From the NCBI GenBank assembly GCA_010909165.1, contig MU008178.1, positions 756,369 to 820,368 of the forward strand: a DNA stretch of 64,000 nt. Direction: 5' to 3'. Positions within the stretch are counted from its first letter, which is position 1. Every line of letters begins with the position of its first letter. The notes under the pieces are model-generated. The model worked only from the letters and a program-made list of their open reading frames with translations, ran no database searches and was not told the origin of the DNA. Below, piece by piece: positions 49,368 through 62,439 of the stretch. Made by a program: the position numbers and the translations under genes. The stretch is from Anthoceros angustus (Eukaryota > Plantae > Anthocerotophyta).

Positions 49368-50579
49368 TCACTGAATTCTGAGCCATTTCAACAGGGCCAT
49401 CAGCTCTGATAACACTTGGAGGTCAGCGTTCGTGGCCATTAACGGCGGGTAGAACAACCACACAGCCAACGTCAAGGAGAACCCAAGTGTGAGTGGAATA
49501 GAGAGCCAGTGAGGAATCCTGACTGCCTTCCTCAGGTACGGCTTACAAGCTACCTGGAGACCGGTGGCTACCCCGTGGAGGGTAAAGAAGGCTGTCATCT
49601 CCCCTGAGACGTATGCAGACATGTAGTAGACACAAATCTCATGCATAATCCCCGACACAAAGAATGTCGAAAGCATAGCGCAGAATCGAGCAGCTTTGGT
49701 AGGAGGGACCGGTTCCCGCAAAGCTTTAGTCCCCACCGACACCTTGCTGTTGGAACCATACCCACCCTGTTGCCCTTTCCGCCGGAGATTAGACGGGTTA
49801 GACCCCTTCGCTACAAAGCCAGCAGGCTTTCCTGAGTTGTCTAATGACGGCGTCAGGAAGACTAGCATAGGCTCGTACACAACTTCCTTTAACAGGGCAC
49901 TGACAACAAGGTTCCATCTCCGAGCCCAGAAGTCTTCCAAAGATGAAGCTGCAAAAGGGTTGTTGAAGTGTGGCTCAAGTTCCACCCCACAAAAAACAGC
50001 TGCTGGTACTGCCACGCCCTCTAGCACTGCTGTCACAAACAAGTACAGGTTCACAGAATACGCAAAAGCTATAACAGCCAGCGGGAGGAAAGACCGAAAA
50101 ACAAAAACTCTGGTACACACTCCCAGCAGCAGCAGCTTGATGACACATCGCAGAGCCATGTATGGGCCTGACTCACACGTCGTCAATTTCCCCCACCATG
50201 AAGCATTCGAAAGCCCATGTTTCAGAACCCTCCCCTTACGACGAATGTGAACGGGAAAATGCAATATTATCGTAAACCGAGCATAGGTTTCGCGAACCCA
50301 AGGCTCAGAGCCCGGGCCTTTGTCCCAGCACAACAAGAGTACTTTGAACGAAGCAAGCCAGGTGAAAAAACAAAAGTACACACCCACTCCAATCATATGG
50401 GTAGACCTGTCAAAGATGAGAGGCAGGACTACATAACTCATCAACACGGGAACTGAAGCAACCAGGCGAGGTAAGCCACATGAGAGACGACGCAAACCCC
50501 AGTACAAGTAAGCTGAATCTAGACAGACAGTCACAGCAGCTATACCTATCCCTGTTCCCCATCCCACCTTCAACGCCAT
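49368..50579 (-). CDS. MBOAT wax synthase / sterol O-acyltransferase-like, copy 2
   Basis: Same motifs as copy 1 (FWARRWN, FFVSGIMHE); intact 404-aa ORF. Confidence 0.92.
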   Translation of the reverse strand: MALKVGWGTGIGIAAVTVCLDSAYLYWGLRRLSCGLPRLVASVPVLMSYVVLPLIFDRSTHMIGVGVYFCFFTWLASFKVLLLCWDKGPGSEPWVRETYARFTIILHFPVHIRRKGRVLKHGLSNASWWGKLTTCESGPYMALRCVIKLLLLGVCTRVFVFRSFLPLAVIAFAYSVNLYLFVTAVLEGVAVPAAVFCGVELEPHFNNPFAASSLEDFWARRWNLVVSALLKEVVYEPMLVFLTPSLDNSGKPAGFVAKGSNPSNLRRKGQQGGYGSNSKVSVGTKALREPVPPTKAARFCAMLSTFFVSGIMHEICVYYMSAYVSGEMTAFFTLHGVATGLQVACKPYLRKAVRIPHWLSIPLTLGFSLTLAVWLFYPPLMATNADLQVLSELMALLKWLRIQ

Positions 50580-51075
50580 CACCTCTTAAAATCTTGGTTC
50601 GAAGCAAGCCTTGGGTTGACTATCTACTTAAGCTGCATGGTCCAAATATGCGCAATTGTTGAAAAGCACATAGAACAACCAGTGCACGGATTACAAGATT
50701 CAAGGGACAGATGCTGAAACCCTAGATTGTCTTAGATCAACCGGTGCACGAGGTTAATAGATCCAAGGGACAGGTCACGAAACCCTGGATTGTCTTCCCG
50801 AATTGACAGAAAGACACTCCTGTTAGCCGTTCCCAAATCAGTGAGCACGGATGACGTGAGTCAGCTCATTTCCCGGATCAAAAAACAGATCCATCCAAAT
50901 GAATGCGGCTCTCCACGATGGCCCCGAGACCTCCTGTGCCTGTCAAGCTCCTGCACAAGGAAAAGCAGCTGATCAGTCAAGACCATCGCCACCACTAACC
51001 ATCCCTAACAGCAAACGTTGAAACATGAAAAGCCAGCAACAGAAGACACTTCAGAGGCGGAATCCTACCACGGCA

Positions 51076-51387
51076 CTAGCTCTTGGGTGCCGCACTTCCT
51101 CTAGGGCCCGAACCGATGTAGGTTGTGAGCAAGCCCATGAGAGCGAAAGTGGCGGCCATGACGATCTGCTTCAGATCATTCTCCGCGTTCTTCATGTTGG
51201 CCAGCGCGTGCACACAGGCGACTAGGGCAAGCAATGACGCCGCCTTGTAGCGGAACATAACACCAACAATCCCCAGCAGAATAGCGAGCAGGCTGGAATA
51301 ATCGGGCGGCAGATCCTGCGCAGCCACTGCGGGCGGATTGTAAGGCCTGGCGGCCGTCGGCAACCTGGGATCTGACTGAGACGCCAT
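51076..51387 (-). CDS. Protein Asterix / PAT complex subunit (UPF0139, WDR83OS-like), 103 aa
   Basis: DPRLPTAARPY...DLPPDYSSLLAILLGIVGVMFRYK...LANMKNAENDLKQI.MA..FALMGL matches the recalled plant Asterix sequence. Confidence 0.88.
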   Translation of the reverse strand: MASQSDPRLPTAARPYNPPAVAAQDLPPDYSSLLAILLGIVGVMFRYKAASLLALVACVHALANMKNAENDLKQIVMAATFALMGLLTTYIGSGPRGSAAPKS

Positions 51388-51717
51388 CACCAAACCCGAG
51401 CACAACCAGATTCCAAGCTTGCGTCCAATCAGCTGACGCTTCTGGCCACACGATTCCGACCGGGCCCCGGCTCCCGCAGCTTTTGACTACGTCGAAACTC
51501 GTCCCCCGCCACGGAATTAAACTAGGTCTGTCGTCTAATAAAGTCTCGTCGCGTGTCCACAAAGACAAAACTCTATAGTCTACAGGACTTTGTTTTTGTC
51601 TCCATTATTGCAGGTGAGTTTGCTTCTAGACTCTAGAAGAAACTCTGGCAAGAAGACGCATTGTCCACACTGTCTCCACCTTGCCTTCGTTCCTCCAGGT
51701 GTCGGCTGGAAGGCAGG

Positions 51718-52597
51718 ATGGCTGATGCTCACCGGTCTGTGACCTCCGATTTGATCAGCAACCATGCCGACCTGTACACATTTGCCACTCGTCACCCCTT
51801 CGTCCAGAGCATCCGGGATGGCTCTGTCAGCACCAGCTCTTTCACGCGATGGCTGGTTGGTCCACAACTTCTCCTTCCTCCTTCACTGTGCGTGTGGCTC
51901 GGGAGTTGGATTTTGTGGTCTGCTAAACGAAGATTTAATCTCATCTGTCCCCCTCGGATGACAGGCGCAGGACTATCTGTTTGTCCGAGCTTTTGCGCGT
52001 TTCGGGGCGAGCGTGCTTCTCAAGGCACCGAAAAATGGAAGAGACGAGAACCTGGATGTAATTCTGAACGGCTTGGCAGCTCTGGCTGCCGAAATTGAGT
52101 GGTTTCGGCAGGAAGCTGAAAAGTGGAGTGTGGACTTGCACAGCGTGACTCCCCTCAGGTCTACGGAGGAGTATATTGGGTGAGCCGCTCGATAGCCATC
52201 TCGTACGTGCATCATGAATCCTGGGGTTGAAACTTGGAATTTGGGAATTTTGGGTTTATTTCATTGTTCTATGTTCAGACTCCTTGAGGACCTCAGTAAG
52301 GACAATGTCGACTACGGGGTTGCACTGGTTGCGTTTTGGGCTATCGAGGTGGTCTACAGCGAGAGCTTCCAGGCTTGCCTGCAACCAGGTGGACACGTTC
52401 GCCGTGACATGGCGTCTGCTTGCGAACGCTGGGGTAGTCACGAGTTCAAGACCTATGTCGACTCGCTTCAGGGCTTGGCTGACAGGGCCATGGAACATGC
52501 TAGGCCCCATCTCAAGAAGAAAGCTGAGGACACCTTTGTTCAGATTGTGACTCAGGAGGTGAGCTTCTGGGGTATGAGCCAGGACGACAGTGAGTAA
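51718..52597 (+). CDS. TenA/THI-4 family protein (TENA_E-like), 3 exons
   Basis: ATRHPFVQSIRDG..F.RWL, QDYLFVRAF, FWAIEVVYSESF, CERWGS.EF and EV.FW. Confidence 0.88.
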
Positions 52598-52682
52598 CAC
52601 TTGCTTGACCACTGTGTAGCTACGGAGGCCGCTCCCTCTCCAAGTCTGAACCGTATATCTATGTTGGGATTTGCTGTCATGT

Positions 52683-55556
52683 TCAAAAGGAATCTCGCCA
52701 GAATCTTACAGACCGATCACTGCCGCAAGTTACAAATGCGGCTTCACTAGGAGAATGCTCCAGCCATCTGGGAGCTCCTACATGGTTGCTTGCGAAGCGG
52801 TACACCACATCCCCCGTCAACGAATCCCACACCACCACCTGCATGACCGACCACATGGGCGATTTGAGCATAGCAATTTTCACTTGTCCTCTCCGATACA
52901 AGGAAATGCTTGACAGCCTCGATCATTCCAAGAGAACAATAAATCCTACCTCATTTTTCTTTTCATCAATACACAGCACGGCTTGTTCTGTGTGATTGAA
53001 GACAGCCTGCAAGACCAGCGTTTCAGTTCGCTAGAACAACAAAGAATATATGAAAATCACGCATCAGGGTCTCCAAACCTGATACCGCGTCTCAGAATGC
53101 TGGGCTCCGGTGTACTGCCTCATCTGTCGGCCACTGCCCACTTCCCAGATCTTGACAGTTGAGTCCTTCCCACATGTGAGAACGTAGCTGCGAAAGAAGT
53201 ATAAGAGCAACTTCACAATGAGGCACATTGTACAGTCATACATAGCAGGTTAGAACTGCTGGCACAGAGATCAAGTGAAGAGATCATAGCACTAACCGTT
53301 GGTCTTTTGTAAAGCTTGCACTAGTGGCCTCAGCAGAACCATGAGCATTGATGGCTCGTACACAACGTGCACTTACTCCATCCCAGATACGCACACCCCC
53401 ATCTTTGCTTGCTGTCACATACAATGCACCGTTCGGTGCATACCTCACCTAATGTGCCACACGGAGATAGCACAGATCAGCACATGACGAACTTCTACTG
53501 GCAACGGTTCTAATGAAGCTCCCTCACCTGATTGATCGCACCGCCAACATGGCCTTCCTGCAGTGCTGCGGGTAGGTAGCACTTGAAGGTGTTCACATCA
53601 TACAGATGGGGAATAGGGTGATCAGTGCCTGCAAAGGCCATGTGATATGCTTCCGGTAAGTATTTGAAGTTCAACTTGAGAAACAATGAATAGCAGCCTC
53701 AACGTACTAGAGTAATATGCACACCAACCTGCGAGAAGGTAGTCCCCACCAGGATGAAATGCAACTGACCGAACGTTGTGTGTATCCTGAGTCAGACATC
53801 AACTCTCCTCAGCAATTGACATGACTTGTGGCTGGTTGGCAGAGTGCTGTTGCCACACATATCCCAGATACTCAGATTGTAACAGGGGGTAAGCTCAAGA
53901 GACAGCCAACGATAGAAAGGCTTTAACATTGCAGTCCAGCAGGTTTGTAGAAAGACCACAAGTATCCAACCTGGATGACTCGGAAAGCTCTCCTTGCTGA
54001 TGTTTTGGAGAAGTCAAAAAATCTGCGTGTCCGAAAGTAGAATGAACAAGAGATCAACAACTGAAAGCTCTGATAGCCACTCGAACTTGTGGAGCTTACT
54101 TTATAGAGCGATCTCTGGCTCCAGAAACTAAAACAGCAGACTGAGGATGGAAATCTAAGTCGTAGATTGGCTGCACCATCACATACTTGCACCAGAGAGT
54201 ATTAGATCACAAGAGAACCACGTCCGGACACTACAAATATGCTGAGACAAGCCGTCACCTGTATCTGGTCAATATAGGTGGGGTGCTAACCTGTAAATGG
54301 TCATAGAAAGTCCTAATGACCGGACGAACAGGTGTATCTCTCGAAGCTGAATCAGGTATCATCATCTGCCGCACCTTGTCAACCTGAAGACTCCGCAGAG
54401 AATTGTGTCAGAAGACAGACATTATGCTGGATCGATGCAGCACAGAATGGCAACCTTTCATTGGACATGCTAAAGCGAGAAAGAATCTACAGTGTGGAGG
54501 GCTTGAGTGCACCCATCAAGCAAAAGTAGGTATATGTCAGTCAAAGAAACGACCTCAAACAGTTTGATTGACGTGTCTGCACTCCCTGTTGCAACCAAAC
54601 GCCCATCAGGACTATACCGGGCACACCGTGCCATATTCTGCAATGAGAGAACAGAGAAAATGGAACCAACAAACCTTTAGTCTGTGTCCGAAACATCTGG
54701 TTGGAATCGTATTTACCAAAGCCTTGAAATCACTGGTAATCAACATGCAATAGAGCCATATGTGACCTACAAGGAGGACACTCTACCTTGTGCTCAGAAA
54801 CATGTCTTGATTCGTGCTTAGGAAACTTCTTCGGGGTCCCTTTCTTGTCTTGAGCTGAGCTGCTCATGAACGAGAGACATGGGGATGGCAACGCCGTTTT
54901 GAGATTCAGTTCATGACCAAAGGCCTGACTGTCCCAAAATTTGTATTGAGAAAACAATGGCGCAGATTTTGGCCATCTTCGATGGCCAGCGCAGCATTCT
55001 TGTCAATGTGTCATGGAATCACCTGAAGTCCAAGGGCGTGACAGGAAGTTTGGGCAGAGGCCCATAACCAGCAGATGTAGCCCCACCGCCCTGAATCGAT
55101 GCAGAATCACGTGTTTTGACGGTGGCTACACCCGATGCTTCATCTCGCTCCAATGCGATTCCCTGTTGATTCAGTTGCAAAACCCAATTATAAAACGGCA
55201 GCGGGAAATCTCTGAACAACACATAAGCATCTGCAGTCTTTTTTGAGCTTGCAGCAGCGCCATGTATACCTTGCGCACTAAGTCCAGAAGCTTATTGGGG
55301 GGCACGTCAACCGTTAATGGCGTCATGGTTGCATTTGATACGGCTGTTGCTGGCTGCAGAGCCCACAAAATCCATGACAAACATGCTTGCAAAGGTATCC
55401 AGTCAAAATCCTAAACGACAGAACAGATAGCCTGCCTGATGACTAAGGCAAGAAAGGCCAAACCTGTGACAGATTGTTGTCCCGCAGATGCGCAACGATG
55501 AGAGCCATAACATAGCGCTGGAGCACACCTTCTTGCAGAATATCCACGTGACTCAT
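52683..55556 (-). CDS. CSTF50: Cleavage stimulation factor 50 kDa subunit (WD40), multi-exon
   Basis: ALIVAHLRDNNLSQ, ATMTPL..DVPPNKLL, PKHESRHVSEHK, AGTDHPIPHLYDVNT and SNHVGAPRWLEHSP..FVTCGSDRSVRFW. Confidence 0.92.
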
Positions 55557-56280
55557 CGTCGAGCAAACCACCGTAAACACTCGTCACATTCTGAGGCAGC
55601 AAAGACCTACCGCACGCTCAACGGGGGACGTGTCCAAGGAGTCCACAGTCGGGCTGGCCAAGTCCCTGTGTAAACAGACTTTGCCGAACGGCTAGAGCTT
55701 GTTATTTACACTTGCTCGTTGCCTGGTCGATCGTGTGCTTGGCCAACTTCATCTTGAAGAAACCCAATTCTTCAGAGCTCCAGGAACGTTGACCAGAAAA
55801 CTGGCCAATTTGAAGAAGTGACGCTAATGATTCTTCGCGGAGACATGTCCATCAGATGGACGTTGATAGAAAACAAGAGGCACCACGGAGAGAGGAGACA
55901 CCGCATCTCAGAAGAACAAGTCGGAGAAACAGACGTGTAAAGGAAGTCACAGTAAACACACAGGTTGTAGAAGTACATGCTCACAATTCATTGACGGCCC
56001 AGTACATAGGAAGTATCACATGTTCGTGCTACTTACTCTAGAGAAAAGAATAAGTGTAACCGACCCCCTCCCCCCTCCCACCCACATTCCCGAGGGTAGG
56101 TATAAAACGCAATCCGCGATAAAATGTGCGGGCCAGCCGGCATAAAAAATTCGCCATAGCTGACATGCGCTCGGATAAATATGGCTGTCTGTATGGCACA
56201 TCGCATCTAAGTACAGTAATTCAAAATCAGGAAATATTGACAAGCTCCAGCCAAGTAAGCAGTGCTGTTGGTAGGCCTTC

Positions 56281-57217
56281 TTAGTCAAGGTCAAGAAACT
56301 CCATCCGCTTCCTCATAGAACCTTTCAACTCAGTCGCATCCTTCTCAGCTTTGAGAGCCTGTTCACACATACAAACTCACATAAGCAGAACAAGAAAAGA
56401 GCAACAGAAACAATTGAATTGAATCGAGAGAAGGATAAATCATACCCTTCTTATCTCTGTCGGAGACACGTTCACCATGTGGGGAGGTAGCTCACTGGTT
56501 CGTGGATCCTAAACGAGACAAGCCACTGAGTAAACTCCTGTGCACTTCAACCATACAGCACACAGGGGCTCCAAGCCAGAAAGCAGATTGGGAACCTCCG
56601 GCATACCAATTCCCCAATCAGCACAACGTTTTCCCCCCGGATGATGTAAAGACCGAGTTGCAAATCACAGAAGAGATCCCCCACAATGATCCTCTCAATG
56701 GTGCCCTCCAAGACGACATTTGCTGCGCTCGCCAGAAGAGTGAGTGAGAACTCCCACTTTTGTTCAGCTACCATGTGAACGTAAGGCTGAAGGCAGGGAA
56801 ACCAGTGAGGCCTACCAAATTGATCAAAGGATCGAAGTATTCCAATAAGCTTCCTCCCATCACGAAGTATTACTAAAAGCTTCTCTGCACACAATAATAA
56901 CATCGAGAGTCAATGCATCATCTACGAGCTCCAGCTACCACAAAGTGTGAAGGAGTGCATACTAAGGGCAAACTGAAGGAAAATTCTTCCTCACACGGCA
57001 TGGAGGAGATTCAAGTGGCAGACAGCGAATGGAGGACAAAAGTTAGGGTTAGACCAAGAACGGTCTGACAACAGTCCTGGGTAGCTAGCAGGCGAGGCAG
57101 AGGAAGCAATCCGTGCACAGGCATTAATTGGAAACCCTAAGGTGAAGGGGGAAACATACTGTCGAGATTGTTGGCGAGAGTAGTGGCAGGGAAGTTATCA
57201 GGCCCGGACCAAGACAT
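56281..57217 (-). CDS. LSM1: Sm-like protein LSM1, multi-exon
   Basis: MSWSGPD..., [29 protein letters not shown]...[17 protein letters not shown] and the end [11 protein letters not shown] followed by a stop. Confidence 0.93.
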
Positions 57218-57577
57218 CCCCTCCTCGATGTCTCCCTCTCTCCCGGTATCCTCCTCCCCCTGCTCACAAGCAAGCTGAGCGCACAGGTGCAGCAAGATGT
57301 GTCATTTCTGCAAGCAATCCCCACGAGGCCTGCAGGTCCCGCCACAGCTCAGGTAGCCCAGGCCGGGCTAAGGCAGGCCACACCACCAGCTCACAGTGCT
57401 GGCAGATTGACGGGATGACAGCAGCATCATCAGGCCCGTGGAACAACGACCTGGCCTCGCACCACCACTCTATCCCACCCACCCTGCCGCTTGTCCTTTT
57501 TGTTTTACTGAGTGTGCCAGCGTGGCTTGTTTATTCAAGAGTAATAATAAACTTGTAAGATCTTTGATACCGCATTC

Positions 57578-57650
57578 AGTTCTATGGTGTAGTGGTTATC
57601 ACGTCTGCTTTACACGCAGAAGGTCGCGAGTTCAATCCTCGCTGGAACTA
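57578..57650 (+). tRNA. tRNA-Val(TAC)
   Basis: AGTTCTA/TGGAACT acceptor stem, anticodon arm TCTGC-TTTACAC-GCAGA, GTTCAATCC T-loop, 73 nt, and a downstream T-run. Confidence 0.95.
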
Positions 57651-58194
57651 TGCACGATCTTCATGTTTGATCCAGTCATTTGAGTATAGTTTTTTCAGCA
57701 GAATGATTTGTGATTTGTGCTCATCCTCTCACTCCTAATTAGTACTCTTTCTGTAGACTGAATCGAAGGCATGGGTTCTGCCTGTGGACGTGGCCGGAAT
57801 TTGCTGGCGGGCAGTGCGGGCGGCAGCTGGAAAAGTGACTTGGGTGGGGAGACGTTCCACCCCGATTGCTTGGAAAAACGTGAGGAATTCGTCAATTTGG
57901 ACAGCACCCGGGCACCACACACACAGAGGAGAGGCAGTTTCGAACGAAGCCACGTCGAAGGGGCCTTCCGCGGCATAATTATCCCACCTAATACTCGGGC
58001 TTGACCGGTGAGTCAGCAGTCAGCTTGATGATGCAGCTGTAGACGTCGCAAGTCGTGGGTTGCTCCGTCCTGTTTCCGGATGGGGAGAAGGTCGACTTGT
58101 GCGTGATTGTGGTGTGCATGTGGGAAGACTAACTGATTCGCCCTAAGTGCTGTTGGGCATTTCTATCAGTTGGTGAATTGGCCCTGCAGTCGCA

Positions 58195-61100
58195 ATGGGC
58201 CGCGGGCGCATGTTTGAGTCCAGCGAGCGAACGCCGTTGCTACCTCCGCACAGGAAGTTTTCTGTGAGTTGTTTCCTACCCATGCTGATCTTTTCGGTCC
58301 TAAGGCTGTAGGAGCTAGTGGTTGTTTGGGAGGCTACTCAGAGTCCATACTAGTCTGTTGATGAGGACGTTGGCTGTGTAGAGAAATTCGGGCGAGAATG
58401 GGGGGCCGCCCGAATCTAATGCCGGCCCATCAGACCTTGAAATTGGGGAGGCTTATAAGGTAATGTAGTCCAATGATGAGATTTTGGTTCACTGGGTCGA
58501 ACATCCTTGTGACTCTCTCCCCTTCTCAGGAGGAAGGGCCCAGCTTACCTTGCCTCAATTATCATCACTGAGTAGGGTGTACTGTAGTGTATTTGTGACT
58601 CCAATTTGGGTTAATCATCGTTGCAGGCCGAGAATGTTGGCTATGGGCGTATTTTGAAGCTGGTAAGCAGCTATGATTTTTTTCTCTCTTTCCGCTTCAA
58701 GTTTCCTGTGTAACTTTTTGAATAACGTCCTTGTTGAGATTACAAGCATTTTCTGCACTGTGATGACAGGCGAGACCAGAAATTTTAACTCTTATTTTTG
58801 CGACCATAGCACTTCTAATATCTTCGTTATCCAATATATTGATGGTAGGAATAAAGCATACCGTTTCTTTCGCTTGGTTGATTCACTGGTCGTAGTGGAC
58901 CTACTAAAAGTCACTATACTAATGAGCAGGTCAAATTGGCAGCCCACTTTCGCAGGGAGGGTCATAGATGTAGTTACAACACACGCAGATACAGAAGAAG
59001 GGCGGGCTGAAGCCCTGGCTGAGGTTCATGGGACCATTTTGGAGATTGTTGTTGTTATTCTTGTCGGGTAACTGCGACTTTTGAACTATGTTTTTGCAAG
59101 TTCTCACCTGGCTTCTGTACTTATTGTCTATGCATCTTGCTGGGCTGATTGTTGGCAGGTCAGTAGCCACATTTTTCCGGTCCTATCTGTTCACTACAGC
59201 AGCTGAGCGGGTTGTTGCAAGATTGAAAAAGGATCTATTTAGACACCTGGTTACACAGGTGCATAAGCCCTCGCTGCAACTCAACAGCTTATTAATTATG
59301 AGCACTGCCCTGGAAGATCACGAATTTGTGAAAACTGTCTGTTCTGGCTGTTTGGAAACAGGAAATTGCATTCTTTGATGTTACCAGGACAGGAGAGCTT
59401 CTCAGTCGACTTTCTGAGGATACCCAAGTAATTAAAAATGCTTCGACACTGAACTTGTCCGAGGCGCTGAGGAGCCTTGCTACTTCACTCATTGGGCTTG
59501 GGTTCATGTTTAGTACGTCTTGGAAACTTAGCTGTAAGTTCCTTCAAGAACTGAGCAATAATCATCTTCCATATTTTGCCCTAACAGTTCAAGTAGATTT
59601 ATATTCTGTTGTTGTTGTGCATGTAGTACTTGCCCTTGCAATTGTTCCTGCCATTTCACTGGGGATACGGGCTTTTGGTCGATATCTTCGCGAGCTGTCC
59701 CACAAGACACAGGCTGCTGCTGCTGTTGCTGCATCCATTGCTGAGGTTCAGTCAGAGTCTATTTTGAACGCCCTCAGTTCGAACTGCATCCATTGTGTTT
59801 ACCTGTTAGCAATACCGAGCTTCAAACCTGCAGGAATCTTTTGGCTCCATCCGCACAGTAAGGTCCTTTGCTCAAGAAGATTTTGAGTGTGATCGACATG
59901 GTGAAAAGGTGGATGATAGTATGAAGTTGGGGCTTCAACAGGCTGTATGTACCATCTACTCCCTTATGCATTTGATGTCTTAAAAGTGTTCTCCCTTTCA
60001 TAACTATGTCATGGTGACATCCGCGTTTTTCTGCGGTCAGTTGGTCGGAGGGCTGTTTGCTGGTGGCGTCAGTGCCGCTGCCACACTTTCAATTGTGTGT
60101 GTTGTCTTGTATGGAGCCCATTTAACAATCGATGGACAAATGACAAGTGGCACTCTTGTCTCCTTCATTTTGTACAGCCTTACAGGTTAGTGGGCTTATT
60201 TAAATCTTCTCATGAAACCAATGTCGGGAGATCCGCAGTCAGTTTGCTAATTCTCTCTGGTTGCTTCCCCTTTCAGTTGGGATGTCTCTTGCATCTTTGT
60301 CTGGACTATACACCACAGCAATGAAGGCAGCTGGGGCCAGTCGACGTGTCTTTCAACTCTTGGATCGTGTATCCACAATGCCTCCGTCTGGGGACAAGCA
60401 TGCGTTTGGGTGAGTGTAGTTTCTTGTGCGTTGCGGGCCTCTGGGAGGTTGGGCTATGAGCATTCGGGTTCTATGGGGGGGAGAGGAAGGGAAGGGGCAG
60501 GCGGGGGGTTAGAGAGGGGATCCTGTGTGTGAGCCTGAGATATGGGATCTTGTCATTCAGGGCCAACTCTCAAGGGGAGGTACAGCTTGAAGATGTGTGG
60601 TTTGCTTATCCTTCACGCCCATCTGATTGGGTCCTTAAGGTACGCCCTCTCACAGAAGGTATGGGAAGTGATTGTGCATGGCAACCCCCTGTGAAACCAA
60701 GCTCTGCTGTCTTTGTCTGCCAGCGTTCGTCATCACAACTAGTGATTGAGTCACCTTTGTCTTCTACAGGGAGTGTCTTTGAAGTTGAGACCCGGAGAAA
60801 AGGTGGCATTGGTGGGCCCCAGCGGAGGAGGAAAGGTGTATAACCGCATTGTTGCATAATTTATGGGATATTTACATCGGCCTTCAACAGGTTCTGAAGT
60901 TGTGTTCGTTTGTGCAGACAACTATCGCAAATTTAGTGGAACGGTTCTATGATCCACAGAAAGGTGCCGTACTTTTGAACGGCGTTCCTCTGACCGAAAT
61001 AGATCATAAACACCTGCACAGAAAGGTACATACTGAGATGTAGCCAAAGCTGCTTGTGCATTTGAGCAGCGCCTGTTTCCTGTGACCCAGCATGTGTCCT

Positions 61101-61855
61101 GTGTTTTCGAACAGGTCAGCATTGTCAGTCAAGAGCCAGTGCTGTTCAATTGCTCCATCGCTGAGAATATATCTTATGGCGTTGGGGAAGGCGTCAGTCA
61201 GGCTGATATTGAGCGCGTCTCTGTAAGCTCTCGACCCTCTTGTGGTTCTGGTAGTTTGATTTTCAGAGTTTGCTTTTCATGTTTGGATGTTCTAACATGA
61301 CCTGGTGGCTGAAAGGTGATGGCGAATGCACACGAGTTTGTGTCCAAGTTTCCATCCGGGTATGAGACGCATGTCGGTGAGCGGGGAGTCAGATTGTCTG
61401 GAGGTCAGAAGCAGAGAATAGCTATAGCGAGGGCACTGCTCATGGATCCCGGTGTCTTGCTGCTGGATGAGGCCACAAGTGCTCTGGACGCTGAGAGTGA
61501 GTATCTGGTGCAAGATGCTATGGATCGTTTGATGATAGGAAGGACGGTGCTGGTTATAGCACATCGGCTGTCGACAGTCCAGGGTGCCGACACGGTAGCG
61601 GTGGTAGCTGATGGCACAATTGCTGAGAGTGGAACGCATGAGGAGCTGCTTAGAAGTGGAGGTATCTATGCAAATCTTGTACGACGACAATTGCAGGGGC
61701 CCAGTCAAACCAGCTCGTTCCAGGACTTAAAGGAGCTAGCCAGCAAAGCAACCTCGTCTGCAGATTTGGAGCAGCTTGCTGTCAAGGAAGATTCATCAAG
61801 TTCCTCCTCCAGCTCAGGCTCTGGGTCTTCAGATGAAGAGGACAATGCTCGTTGA
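58195..61855 (+). CDS. Half-size ABC transporter B family, ABCB27/ALS1(TAP2)-like, multi-exon
   Basis: [52 protein letters not shown] Walker [16 protein letters not shown] and [15 protein letters not shown]; Ser/acidic C-terminal tail. Confidence 0.92.
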
Positions 61856-62039
61856 AAGACAAGGTCTGGCCTACGCTCGTTAAAAGACAAGGTCCGGCCT
61901 ACGCTCGTTAAAAGACAAGGTCCGGCCTACGCTCGTTAAAAGACAAGGTCCGGCCTACGCTCGTGGAAAGACAAGGTCCGGCCCACTCTCGGTATAAGAC
62001 AAGGTCCCGCCCACTCTCGTGAAAAGACAAGGTCCGGCC
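61847..62039. repeat. 28-bp tandem repeat, about 7 copies (GCTCGTTAAAAGACAAGGTCCGGCCTAC); the first copy overlaps the ABCB stop codon
   Basis: Period 28 is directly visible; copies diverge toward the right. Confidence 0.93.
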
Positions 62040-62439
62040 GCTGTTCTCTAGTTCAGGTTCTGAGGGCTGCAGATGATTTTGAGGTTCGGCCAGTACGGCC
62101 AATCTGGGACTCAATTTATGGTGAACTAACGTGTCCATCCCAAAAACATGATCACCAGAACTGTTTTCTGAAAATACTTTGGGCACATCAACCCCAAACT
62201 TCCACGAAACAAAACAAAAACGGCCATTATCAGCAGTGTCCGTTCTATCCTATGACTGCCTCAAAACCTAGACCTACCAGAGAGAGAGAGAGAGACCTGT
62301 GAACCAGAGATTGATTCTACATTACATCCCATTGTCTTCGAAAAACAACAGCCTTCTGCACATTTTGCCTGGTGGAATGGAAACATAACTGCTTCTCAAC
62401 TCACAAGAGTTTCCCTGCAGGCAAACAACTCTGTTCCGC

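Noticed and set aside
61847-62039. 28-bp array as a CRISPR array
   Set aside because: No spacers; it is a plain minisatellite
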